DNA of 64,000 nucleotides from a virus: IMG/VR virus record IMGVR_UViG_3300023094_000009, positions 1 to 64,000 of that record; one strand, 5' to 3'. Shown piece by piece: positions 32,698 to 42,897 of this stretch (position 1 is its first letter; each line of letters starts with the position of its first letter). The notes under the pieces were generated by a model. It saw only the letters and a program-made list of their open reading frames with translations, ran no database searches and was not told where the DNA came from. The position numbers and the translations under genes were made by a program.

Positions 32698-33162
32698 TTT
32701 ACAGATGGCTACCATTAATATTTGTTGTTTCAACAGTTTTGTTTTTGATGTGTTTATCTCTTTTGCCAGAAAAGAAACTGTATCAGTACAAGGGGAAAAC
32801 ATACAAGATTAAGAAACAATACTACAAAGCACTCAAACATCCTACAACACGAGAATGGGTGGATTTTGTAGAGTACAAACAAATAGAGAGCGGAGAGACT
32901 TATTTCCGTGAAGCAGAAGAGTTTTTTAAGTTATTTCAAGAGATGTAATTATGGCAACATATAGATATGGTAAGTGGGAAAGTTGGGATGGATTTAAATA
33001 TTTCTCAATTGAACGGAAAACACTATTTGGCTGGAAAGAAGAAAAGTATTGGGGTCTATCACATTTCGACTCTCACTCGCCAGAGACAGAAGAACAACAA
33101 AAGAAATTAATGATGGAATCTGTAGAAAGATTAGTTAGAGCAGGTCATACAGTTTTGTAAAT

Positions 33163-33879
33163 ATGAAAAAGATTATCATTGGCTCAACAGCCATTAAGCA
33201 TTGGTATCCCGATTTCAATAGAGAGCCTAAAGATTTGGATTATGCTGTTGATTGTCCCCAAGCCAGAAGTGAAGAGAAAGGCATGGAATACTTGTATAAT
33301 CCGATTTTATTTTACTCTGGCGAATACTTGAATCCATCTGCTCTATTGACATTAAAAGTGAGCCACTTATTCTGGGAGACAAACTTTGACAAGCATATGT
33401 GGGACGTTCAGTTTCTACTTGGTAAAGGTTTAGAGTGGGACTTGGAACTGATGAATAAGCTTATGACTTTTTGGGATAATTATTTACCGCAAGTAAAGAG
33501 AAGTAAACTGAATTCAAGCAAGGAAGATTTCTTCACAAACGCCATAAACAAGGATGAAGATGAACACGACTCTCTGCACGAAAAGCTAGCTGAATTTCCG
33601 GCATACAAAAAAATTCTAAAACCAAACTGTGAAGTAGAAGTATGTGAAGAGAAATGGAACAACCTGACAGAGCAAGAAAAAAGAGATGTGATTGAAGAGG
33701 AAACCTACGTCATGCAACATGAAAGGTACAATGGAAAATTACACCACATTCCTGCTTACAGAAGGCAATTAAGGGATAATATTATAAAGCACTTTCCGAA
33801 ATTTGTAGCTTTATATGCAATCAAGAATTTTAAAACTTTTATAAACCCGCCTCAAGCTTTTGAAGGCAAATTAGATTAA
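33163..33879 (+). CDS. nucleotidyltransferase-like phage protein
   Basis: IIIGSTAI...PKDLDY (GS...DxD). Confidence 0.55.
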   Translation: MKKIIIGSTAIKHWYPDFNREPKDLDYAVDCPQARSEEKGMEYLYNPILFYSGEYLNPSALLTLKVSHLFWETNFDKHMWDVQFLLGKGLEWDLELMNKLMTFWDNYLPQVKRSKLNSSKEDFFTNAINKDEDEHDSLHEKLAEFPAYKKILKPNCEVEVCEEKWNNLTEQEKRDVIEEETYVMQHERYNGKLHHIPAYRRQLRDNIIKHFPKFVALYAIKNFKTFINPPQAFEGKLD

Positions 33880-33882
33880 CAA

Positions 33883-34940
33883 ATGGTAGACTACAAAAAG
33901 TTGAATGAAGTATTTTCTATCCTAAATTCTTACTCATTAGGGAGGAGGTACAGACAAGTGGCTTCTGATGAAGATTCTAAGTATGGAGGTTCTCTGGATC
34001 AAGGAGAGATGGCAGAAAAGTGGTCAGTTTTTGATATTGGAGATCCTGATGGATATTTCCTTAAAATCACAGAACAGACGAATTCTTATGGTGAGGAAAG
34101 GGGTGTAAGCAAAATTGAATTTGTAAAAGGCAAAGAAAAAACTGTAATAACTTATGAGTATGAATAAGGAAACAATAGAACAAGCAATCAAAGATAATTT
34201 TGAGGATAATTGGAGTTTTCACTATTCAGACTACAGTTTGGAAAATTCTGATTACGCCAAATTTGCAGAAATAACAGAATTGGAATTTGTCTCCAACGAA
34301 GATGTAGAAGAGTATGATTCCTATGGCAGTGAAGATTCAACTTTGAAGAGAGTCTTTAGGCACATTCCATCTGATACATATTTCATGTTCAAAGGAACGC
34401 GATGCTCTTATCAGGGAGAAGAATGGAATGATATTGTAGAAGTGCAACCAAAAACTAAAACAACAACAATTTATGAATAAGCTGACAGCAGAAGAGATTC
34501 TTAAAATCGTAGAAGAGAATTATTCAATAGATGACTTCGCACATGGTGAGTGGCTAGAGTGTGAGACAGAGGTTGAAACATCAGATCTTAAAGAGTTGGA
34601 TGAGAAGAGAAGCACTTTTCACACAGAGAACATAAAAAACAAGAATATTCCTTACAATTCAGAGAATGAAGTTTGGAAATCCTATCAAAGTATGCCTCGC
34701 TCATATGATGTTCATAAGCAACGAATTCTAGAAAAACTTGGACTAGGTAAAATTGTTGAAATAGATCAAGTTGGAGGTGAATCTATGGGAGATCACTGGC
34801 ACTCTGTTAAGCATTTTGTTGACCATGATGTTTATATCAAAACCATTGGGACTTATTCATCCTATGAAGGGACAAGTTTTTATAACGGATATGGAAAGGA
34901 AGTCAAACCACAAGAAAAGACAATTACAGTTTATAATTAA
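33883..34940 (+). other. three tandem related small ORFs (33883-34167, 34154-34480, 34473-34940)
   Basis: Shared C-terminus SY.G...V.(P/G).EKT.T.Y(E/N). Confidence 0.7.
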
Positions 34941-35899
34941 TCAAATAAAGATGCAAGAAGAAAAAGACCAAAATCCGGCAAAAGAAAAAGGAAAATCTGA
35001 GATTTTACCCTCTGAAAAACAAACATCTGTATCAGAAATGACAGAACTAATTGACAAAAGAGTAGAGAAACTATTCCAAGACAATCCAGAACTACAAGAA
35101 CTGGAAAAGACAATGTATGATCCAAAAGAGAAAGTGGTTGTCACAGGAGAGTTCATGAATACATTGATTAATATTTTGTCCAATAAAGATACGCAGAAGC
35201 AGAATATGAGTTTGGCTTTTGGAGGTCTTTATAGACAAATTGAGATCAATGAACTAGCTGACTCTTCTTTGACCGAATTGGCTTTGACAGAGCACGTGAA
35301 AAACTTGAAAAAGAAGAAGTTTAAGTAACATGTGGGAGCTAAGAAAGACAGGAGATGAGAATTTCTTGAAAACATCCGCAGAAGTTGGTTGGGTGGAGTT
35401 TAATGAAAGCGGTATGTTTAAAGAAAAACATGATACTCCTAAAATCGCGACGTCTCTCCTCATGTCTCCTTTCAATGTTTATTTCACTTGGCAGACTACT
35501 TTAGTGAAGGAAATTATTTCGGTGAGTGAAGAAAGAATCCATTTCAGGACGGAGAATAGTGAGTATGAATTGAGATTTACAGGTGTATGACAGATAATCA
35601 TGGAAATAAGATAGGTACTATGAAGCCTAATACAAAGTACTTAATGGTGAAAGATATTTATTTTCCATCTGTGGGTGTTGACCTAAAAAAGGGAGAAACG
35701 TATACAACTGATAACGAAGGCCTTCTAACATCCTCTAAGATAAAGGGCATTAACTTCAGTTATATACAGGAAGTCAGTACTACAATTCCGGCAGAAGAAA
35801 CTGAAAAATAAACTTTTCAATAAATTTGCCAAAACGAGAAAGATTGTTTAACTTAGTAGCCCCTATTAAAATTCTTTGGTGGGGGCTTAATTATTTATA

Positions 35900-36142
35900 A
35901 TGGGGCTGATAAAATTTGAAAAAGAAGGATGTGCACCTTGCAAAGCATTAACAGAATGGCTTAAAGAAAACAATATAGAATACGCTTCTTACAACATCAT
36001 GGATAATCTACGTATGGTAAAACAGTATAACTTGAAGTCAGTTCCTGTCTTGATTAGTCTGGACGGAGAATTTGAGAATGGACGAGTGATAGGATTTAGT
36101 GAAAGTAAAATAGAAGAAATTAAAACTTTGGTGGGACTATGA
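35900..36142 (+). CDS. thioredoxin/glutaredoxin-like (NrdH-type)
   Basis: CAPC, SVP, GF; directly upstream of RNR. Confidence 0.85.
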   Translation: MGLIKFEKEGCAPCKALTEWLKENNIEYASYNIMDNLRMVKQYNLKSVPVLISLDGEFENGRVIGFSESKIEEIKTLVGL

Positions 36143-37113
36143 AAGACATATTTAGAAAAGAGGAATCCTTAGCAGAAGATGATTACCCAGATTTGATTAA
36201 ATATGCACATGCTATACACGAAAGTTTTTGGACTCCTGAGCATTTTAAATATGATAGAGATGTAAGCGATTTCAATATTGTTTTAAATGATAATGAAAAG
36301 CAAGTAATGCAACGGTTGATGCTTGCTATTGCAAACGTGGAAAACAAGGTGAAAACTATGTGGGCGCGTTTAGATATGAGAATCCCAAAAGGAACTATTG
36401 CTGATGTTGCTCATACTTTTGCGGGGAACGAATGTATCCACAAAATGACATATGCAAAACTACTTGATTTACTGGGACTTAGAGAAAGTTTTAAGACTCT
36501 TGGAGAAGTTCCTTGTATGGAAGGTAGGGCAAAATACTTAACAAAATATTTGGAAGGGCTTAGTTCTAGATCAAATAAAGAGTTTACAAAATCTTTGATA
36601 CTCTTTATATCCCTCATAGAAAATTCATCTCTCTTCTCACAATTTGCTTGCATAGCTTCTTTTAGTAGGTACAAGAATATCATGAGTAATTTCAACACTG
36701 TGGTTTCCGCGACGGGACGTGAGGAGCAACTTCATGGGCAATTTGGAGCAGAGCTAATAAAGATTATTCGTACTGAAAATCCTGAGTGGTTTGACGAGGA
36801 AATGGAAGCTAAAATCAGGCGAAATATTAGAAAAGCTTACAAAGCAGAATGCGAAGTACTTGATTGGGTCTTTGAAGGTGGGGAACTAGACTTCCTAAGT
36901 AAAGAGGAATTAGTAGAGTATTTAAAATACAGATTCAATGTAAGTTTGAAGCAGTTAGGTTATGAGGCAGAATATGAAATAAACGAGGAGAAACTTTCAA
37001 AGTTAGAGTTTTTTGAAAGGCAGACAAAATGTTCCATAAGTTTTGACTTTTTTGACAGCAAATCAAGTGAATACTCAGAAACAAATATGATAACAGAAGA
37101 TGACTGGAACTAA
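36139..37113 (+). CDS. nrdB: ribonucleotide reductase class I beta subunit
   Basis: SFW.P, NECIH..TY, IEN..LF..F, EEQLH, DFFD. Confidence 0.93.
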   Translation: MKDIFRKEESLAEDDYPDLIKYAHAIHESFWTPEHFKYDRDVSDFNIVLNDNEKQVMQRLMLAIANVENKVKTMWARLDMRIPKGTIADVAHTFAGNECIHKMTYAKLLDLLGLRESFKTLGEVPCMEGRAKYLTKYLEGLSSRSNKEFTKSLILFISLIENSSLFSQFACIASFSRYKNIMSNFNTVVSATGREEQLHGQFGAELIKIIRTENPEWFDEEMEAKIRRNIRKAYKAECEVLDWVFEGGELDFLSKEELVEYLKYRFNVSLKQLGYEAEYEINEEKLSKLEFFERQTKCSISFDFFDSKSSEYSETNMITEDDWN

Positions 37114-38812
37114 AATTATGAAATTAGATTGGATAAAGGATGACCAACGTACTTTTTTAGAAAGGGGGTATTTAGATGCAGGAGAATCTCCTGAGCAAAG
37201 ACTCCAAACTATTTGTGATACTGTCCAAAAGTATTGTGATCAGATGGGTAAAACAGAGTACACTAATAACATTGGTGAAAGATTTGTAAACTATTTTGAA
37301 AAAGGATGGGTGTCCTTGTCGACCCCTGTACTGAAGAATTTTGGTAAAGTAGATAATTTACCCATATCTTGTAATTTTAGCATTCTTGATGATAGTCTAG
37401 ATGACATTTATAAAGGATTACATGAGGTAGGGATGTTGGCTAAACACGGAGCAGGTACGGCAGTTAATTTTTCTGATATTCGTCCTGAAGGTAGCGATAT
37501 TTCAACAGGAGGTAAATCTAATACAGTTTTGGATTGGATTGAGTTATATGCTGACATGATGTCCAAAACTGCTCAAAACTCAGCTAGGAGAGGCTTTCTA
37601 ACTGCGTATTTAAGTGTAGATCACCCAGAGATAATGAATTTTCTAGATATCGGCACAAGAAGAATCCCTACGGAAAAGCAAAGATTTTTTCAAACAATCA
37701 CTACAGCAGTAACTTTACCAGAAGGTTGGAGAGAGGATGTTAAGACCAATGCTAAAAAAAGGGAAATTTTTACAAAGATTCTGAATACAAGGAAGGAAGC
37801 AGGATTTCCTTATATCTTGGACGAAACAAACTGTAATAAAGGTATTTGCCAGGCTTACTTAGATAAAGGGCTGAAAATTCGATCTAGTAATATTTGTATT
37901 GAGGCTATGGAATATGCTGATTACGAAAAGACTTTTGCTTGTTGCCTATCCTCTGTAAATTTGTATTACTACGATGATTGGAAAGGTTCTGAGACTTTTA
38001 TTAAGGATATGTCAATTCTTTTGGATTGTGTAATAGAAGAATACATTGAAAAGGGTTCGCATCTTCCGGGACTAGAAAAAGCTATAAAATTTTCTAAAGA
38101 ACATAGAGCCACTGGCTTAGGTGTGACAGCTTTTGTTTCTTATCTGCAAAAAAATAGTATTCCTTTTGGATCTCTTGAAAGTTTTGCTCTAAACGATGAA
38201 ATCTTTTCTCTTTTAAGAAGAGAGTCTGATAAAGCTTCGAAATGGATGGCAGAAGTTTGGGGGGAACCTGAAATCCTTAAAGGTTATGGCGAAAGGAATA
38301 CTAGTCGAATGGCACAAGCTCCTAAAAAAAGCACTACATTTATTGATGGGGGTTCATTCTTATCTTTAAGTGAAGGTATAGAACCTCATAAAAGTAATTA
38401 CAACGAGAAAAAATTGGCAAAAATTCAAGTTGAATTTAAAAATCGAGAGTTGCAGAAAATTCTCCAAGATTTAGGAAAAGATAGTCGTGATGTTTGGGAA
38501 TCTATTATGGAAAACAATGGATCTGTGCAACACTTGGATTTTTTATCTGAGCATCATAAAGATGTATTTAAAACTTTTAGCGAAATATCACAGGTAGATG
38601 TAATAGATTTGGCTGCTCAAAGAGGTAAATATATAGACATGGGACAATCTGTAAACATTATGATACACCCTGACACTCCTGCTAAAGATGTAATTAAATT
38701 GCATTTAGATAGCTTTGAAAAAGGTTTGAAATCCTTATACTATCAGTATAGTATAAATTCAGCTCAGGAGTTTAATAAAAATTTAACTACTTGTTCAACT
38801 TGTGAAGGATAG
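37100..38812 (+). CDS. nrdA: ribonucleotide reductase class I alpha subunit (likely start 37118, no ATP-cone)
   Basis: STPV, PISC, SNICIE, CCLSS, LKSLYY, C-terminal CSTCEG. Confidence 0.95.
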   Translation: MTGTKIMKLDWIKDDQRTFLERGYLDAGESPEQRLQTICDTVQKYCDQMGKTEYTNNIGERFVNYFEKGWVSLSTPVLKNFGKVDNLPISCNFSILDDSLDDIYKGLHEVGMLAKHGAGTAVNFSDIRPEGSDISTGGKSNTVLDWIELYADMMSKTAQNSARRGFLTAYLSVDHPEIMNFLDIGTRRIPTEKQRFFQTITTAVTLPEGWREDVKTNAKKREIFTKILNTRKEAGFPYILDETNCNKGICQAYLDKGLKIRSSNICIEAMEYADYEKTFACCLSSVNLYYYDDWKGSETFIKDMSILLDCVIEEYIEKGSHLPGLEKAIKFSKEHRATGLGVTAFVSYLQKNSIPFGSLESFALNDEIFSLLRRESDKASKWMAEVWGEPEILKGYGERNTSRMAQAPKKSTTFIDGGSFLSLSEGIEPHKSNYNEKKLAKIQVEFKNRELQKILQDLGKDSRDVWESIMENNGSVQHLDFLSEHHKDVFKTFSEISQVDVIDLAAQRGKYIDMGQSVNIMIHPDTPAKDVIKLHLDSFEKGLKSLYYQYSINSAQEFNKNLTTCSTCEG

Positions 38813-39695
38813 TGGGAGAATTTGTGGTATATACAAGATAATCTCTCCTAGTAATAGAGTTTACATAGGTCAGAGTGTGGATGTAAAATCTAGATGGCGT
38901 ACTTATCTTTCCCTTAGTACAGGAAATAAAGGGCAAATACTTCTTTACAAATCATTGACTAAGTATTCTCCAGAAAAGCACACATTTGAAATTATAGAAG
39001 AGTGTTCAGTAGAAGATTTGAATTGTCGTGAAAGATACTGGCAGGATTTTTATGATGTCTTGAATGGAGGATTGAATTTGGTTCTACAGGAGTGTGGGGA
39101 GCAGAGGCGAATTTTTTCACAAGAATCATCAGAAAGAAAAAGTATAGCATCTTCAGGAGAAAGAAATGGTATGTACGGAAGATGCGGAGAATTGAATCCT
39201 AATTGGGGTAAAATTGTTTCAGAGGAGATTAGGAAACAACAATCAGAACGTATGAAAGGTAAATACACAGGTACTAAAAATCCTTTTTATGGAAAAGAGC
39301 ACACAAGTGAAACAAAAGAGCTTTTATCTGAGAATGCTAAGAAAAAAGTAGGAGTACTTAATCCTTTCTATGGTAAGTCCCATACAGAGGATTACAAAAT
39401 TAAATCCTCTAAAAGAACTTCTGAATTTTTCAAAAATAATCCCCACGCAAAACAACATCTCAAAGAATTGTATTCTATAGGCGTTTACCACACCCCGCAA
39501 GGTGAGTTTATATCTCAAAGAGATGCTGCTAGAGGAAATAATGTTACAAGAAATCTTATAAAAAGTAGGTGTGTAAAAAATTCAGACAAACCTGTAGGTT
39601 TCAATTATCAAACGCCTGTCGAGTTTAGAGGAGAAAAAACTTGGAAACAACATGGTTGGTATTTTACAGGAAAAGAAACTTCCTGTGCTGACTAA
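38802..39695 (+). CDS. GIY-YIG/NUMOD3 homing endonuclease
   Basis: GIYKI...VYIGQS...R; repeated NPFYGKxHT. Confidence 0.9.
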   Translation: MKDSGRICGIYKIISPSNRVYIGQSVDVKSRWRTYLSLSTGNKGQILLYKSLTKYSPEKHTFEIIEECSVEDLNCRERYWQDFYDVLNGGLNLVLQECGEQRRIFSQESSERKSIASSGERNGMYGRCGELNPNWGKIVSEEIRKQQSERMKGKYTGTKNPFYGKEHTSETKELLSENAKKKVGVLNPFYGKSHTEDYKIKSSKRTSEFFKNNPHAKQHLKELYSIGVYHTPQGEFISQRDAARGNNVTRNLIKSRCVKNSDKPVGFNYQTPVEFRGEKTWKQHGWYFTGKETSCAD

Positions 39696-39720
39696 AAGTG
39701 TTTACTACTACTTTACCTAC

Positions 39721-39756
39721 AAGCCTTCTCTATTCATTTAGGGAGGGCTTTTATTT
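39721..39756 (+). terminator. intrinsic terminator after the RNR operon
   Basis: AAGCCTTCTCTA...TAGGGAGGGCTT followed by a T-rich tail. Confidence 0.75.
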
Positions 39757-39793
39757 GCTTTGTTTTCAGTGTTTTACGCCGAAATCTTAGTAA

Positions 39794-39839
39794 TTAACAT
39801 CTCGTTAACATTTCCAACAAGTATTTGTACATACCTTTG
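39794..39839 (+). promoter_or_regulatory. promoter with tandem box
   Basis: TTAACA(39794)-N5-TTAACA(39805)-N21-TACCTTTG(39832). Confidence 0.8.
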
Positions 39840-40030
39840 TAAAAAAGAAAGATCATGGAACTCTTAGAAGAAATTCAAGATAGGATAAGTAGGCATTATG
39901 TTAATTGCCCTGATTGCGAAGATGTGTATTCTGATGATCAATATACTTGCACAACTTGTTGGAATCAAGGCGGACAAGGTGAGATTAATGTACTAGACTT
40001 TATCAAAAATAACCCTGAAATATTAGAACT

Positions 40031-40207
40031 GTGAAACACAAAACAAATACTCAGGTTTTAGAAAGAGCTAGAGAAGTAGCAGAAGCTCTTTATAATATTC
40101 AGTAAGAAGCAAACACGCTTAAAATAGAACTGAATAAAAGAAAATTTACGCAAGATCAAGAAGAAAAATACGACTTGTTAAGTTTACTAGAAGAATTAGA
40201 TTACTAA
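40031..40207 (+). pseudogene. paralog of 40957..41139 with premature TAA
   Basis: ...REVAEALYNIQ*EA...RKFTQDQEEKYDLLSL versus REVAEQLYNLRQES...RKFTQKQEEDYDLLSL; TAA at 40103. Confidence 0.75.
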
Positions 40208-41594
40208 AAAACAAAACGCTATGGAATATTCTACAAAAAGAGACGAAGAACAAACTGAGGTAAAAAGACTAACAATTTACATTGGTGAGGACAGATACCA
40301 TTTAGAAGAATCTGTTGATGGAAAGTTGAACATAACCAAGATTTCAGATGGAGGTACAGACAGGATGAATGTTAATCCAAGGTATTCTAATCAAATTGAA
40401 TTATCATGAAAAATGATCAATTAGTGACATCTAAAATCGCTTACTTAGCTAAAGAGAAAGGATTTGACCTTAGAACCAAGTCTTACTATATAGAGGAAAA
40501 GTTAATTGATTATGCAACAACCATGGATGGAGTAATTGTAGAGTCTTGGGATCATAATCATTCCTTTTTAGATAGAGCTTCTGCTCCTACGATACAAGAA
40601 TTACAAGATTGGCTGAGGGAAGAATTTGAGCAAAGGCTAAGATCAGAAGAAGGTCTAACCAAACTAATAAAAAGACTGAAATAAAGCACTATGGAAAATT
40701 ATTCAATCACACTAGCAGATAGTGGAATCTATATGCTGATATTTAATACAACGGAGAGATGGACAGATTACCACAGATATTCAAACACTGTGTATGACAT
40801 TGGAAGTACTACTTATTTAGAGATAGAAGAGTTTCTTCCTGGTAATGTTAAATATGTAGTTACGAATGTTCAAGATAAAGATCAGATTGTGTTTTACTTT
40901 ATTCCACGTGATTTGGTTTTGAAAGGGCGGAAAGTTTTATTTACATCAAACAAACTATGAAAGAGAAAACTAATATTGAAATTCTGAAAAGATCCCGAGA
41001 AGTGGCGGAACAGTTATACAATTTAAGACAAGAGTCTTATCAGCTATCACGAGAATTAGAGAGTAGGAAATTTACTCAAAAGCAGGAAGAAGATTATGAT
41101 TTGTTAAGTCTTATGGATGAGTTAAATTTTGAATTATGACAGAAATAGTAGAAATTAAAGGAAATATTATAACTGTTAAATGGACACCAAACAAACTCCT
41201 AAAATTATTTGGCTTCAAAGAAAAGACAACCACCTACTTACATAGAGGGGAAACTTATATTTTTGGTGGAGGTTATGTATGGTATGAAAAAGAAACTGGT
41301 AAGATGTACGGTAAGTGTGAATATCTTGATACTGCATTAAGAAAACAAAATTGGAATTAGATGAATAAAAACAGACTAAGAAAAGAAAATGTACACAGGC
41401 TTTACAAGAAAGAAATTGAAAGTTTCTGGAATGCATTGTCTGTTGGAAGGAAAGAAGGAGATAAGCGTGTTATGAGAGTATCTGATAATGGTGTTCTTTG
41501 TATAAAGTTTTTTGTTAATGAGGAGTGGGATTGAATAGGGAAAATTTATAATTTTCTTTTCCAGTTCTTTTTATTGCCGAAATTTAGATAAAGT

Positions 41595-42476
41595 ATGAAA
41601 AAAGAAGAAGTATGTGTGTTTATTGACAGCCTGTCTGAACGTGAAGAAGCTATCAAAATTTTGCAAAAAGCGGGATTAAAAATGGGCGATATGACCCTGA
41701 CCTATGATTATAGTTATCTTAGAACAGATGAGGGGGATGATGTATGGTATATTGCTTGTGAAACTTTAGGTCGTATAAAAATAACTTTGAGTCAATTTGA
41801 AGAAATATTATCAAAGGATCAAGATGAGTACGAAACAGAATTGATGATAAATACTTGTGAGCGTGCAGCAAAAAACAAAAGTGAATACAGAGTCAAAACC
41901 AAAGAAGAGTTTGAAGCTACTTGCGAAAGAACTATTGACGGAAGTGATTCCTATGTATGCGGAGAATCCAAGTTTCATCTTGAAGATATGTCACATTTAT
42001 GTGGCTTAAATTTGACCTTAGAGCAATCTGATCCCCTCTTACAAGCAGGTGAACCTATTAGTCTTAAAGGTATGGGTAACTGGTATTTTACAAAAGAAAT
42101 GATTACACCGATCCTAAATGTTGATTTAGTTGATACCGAAAAATTTCAAAACATAACACCAAGTACAAGTTGTAAGATTAGTAGGTTGGATGAAAGTTGG
42201 GGCAAAAAAGAAACTGAAAACAAGGTAGACTACTCAGAAATAAACCTAGACATTCTAGACCTAATGGCTAAGAGAATGAATGCCAATAAGCATAAATATC
42301 CAGAAGGAAATAGTAAGAGAGAATTGAACGTAAAAGATCTGGAATGGGCTTTATTCAGACATCTAAAGAAAATGATTAAACCTATAGAAGGAGATGTAGA
42401 GAGTTATGAAGATCATTTGAGTGCTATTTTATGTAATGCGTCTATGATATTGGATCAATTGCAGAGGAAGGGTTGA
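41595..42476 (+). CDS. protein with C-terminal dATP/dGTP diphosphohydrolase-like (DUF5664-type) domain
   Basis: K.DY....L.......M.....KY...N......ALFRHL...DHL....CNA. Confidence 0.6.
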   Translation: MKKEEVCVFIDSLSEREEAIKILQKAGLKMGDMTLTYDYSYLRTDEGDDVWYIACETLGRIKITLSQFEEILSKDQDEYETELMINTCERAAKNKSEYRVKTKEEFEATCERTIDGSDSYVCGESKFHLEDMSHLCGLNLTLEQSDPLLQAGEPISLKGMGNWYFTKEMITPILNVDLVDTEKFQNITPSTSCKISRLDESWGKKETENKVDYSEINLDILDLMAKRMNANKHKYPEGNSKRELNVKDLEWALFRHLKKMIKPIEGDVESYEDHLSAILCNASMILDQLQRKG

Positions 42477-42537
42477 TTATGGGAAATTTAAGTTTCCTTT
42501 TCAGTCTTTACTCCCCGCGAAACCTGAGTACCTCTAA

Positions 42538-42589
42538 AGTTAAATAGATGTTAACGATCTTTAGAATCAAAATAAAGTAAGTAAATTTG
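42538..42589 (+). promoter_or_regulatory. promoter with inverted tandem box
   Basis: AGTTAA(42538)-N5-TGTTAA(42549)-N27-TAAATTTG(42582). Confidence 0.6.
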
Positions 42590-42612
42590 TAAAACAAAAT
42601 AAAAGTAAAATT

Positions 42613-42897
42613 ATGAAAAGAGAAGAACTAATGAATGCCTTGTCAGCAGAGAACGACGACAAAATGTTGATTGCTGATATTCTTGAAGCAGATGTAGATT
42701 TCCTAGACAGACAAATTAAGGATATCGAATATTCTATCAAGGACAGCGAAAAAGAATTGAAGAAAAGACTTCGTGCTAAGACAGAGATTGATTCTTCGGT
42801 TGTTGAAGTAATGTATTCTGGATTATCAGCTCTAAAGTCTAAAGTTGATTTGTACAAGAATTTCAAAAAAGAATACTTTACTAATGAAGCACGTTAG
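42613..42897 (+). CDS. coiled-coil hypothetical protein
   Basis: ORF track. Confidence 0.7.
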   Translation: MKREELMNALSAENDDKMLIADILEADVDFLDRQIKDIEYSIKDSEKELKKRLRAKTEIDSSVVEVMYSGLSALKSKVDLYKNFKKEYFTNEAR

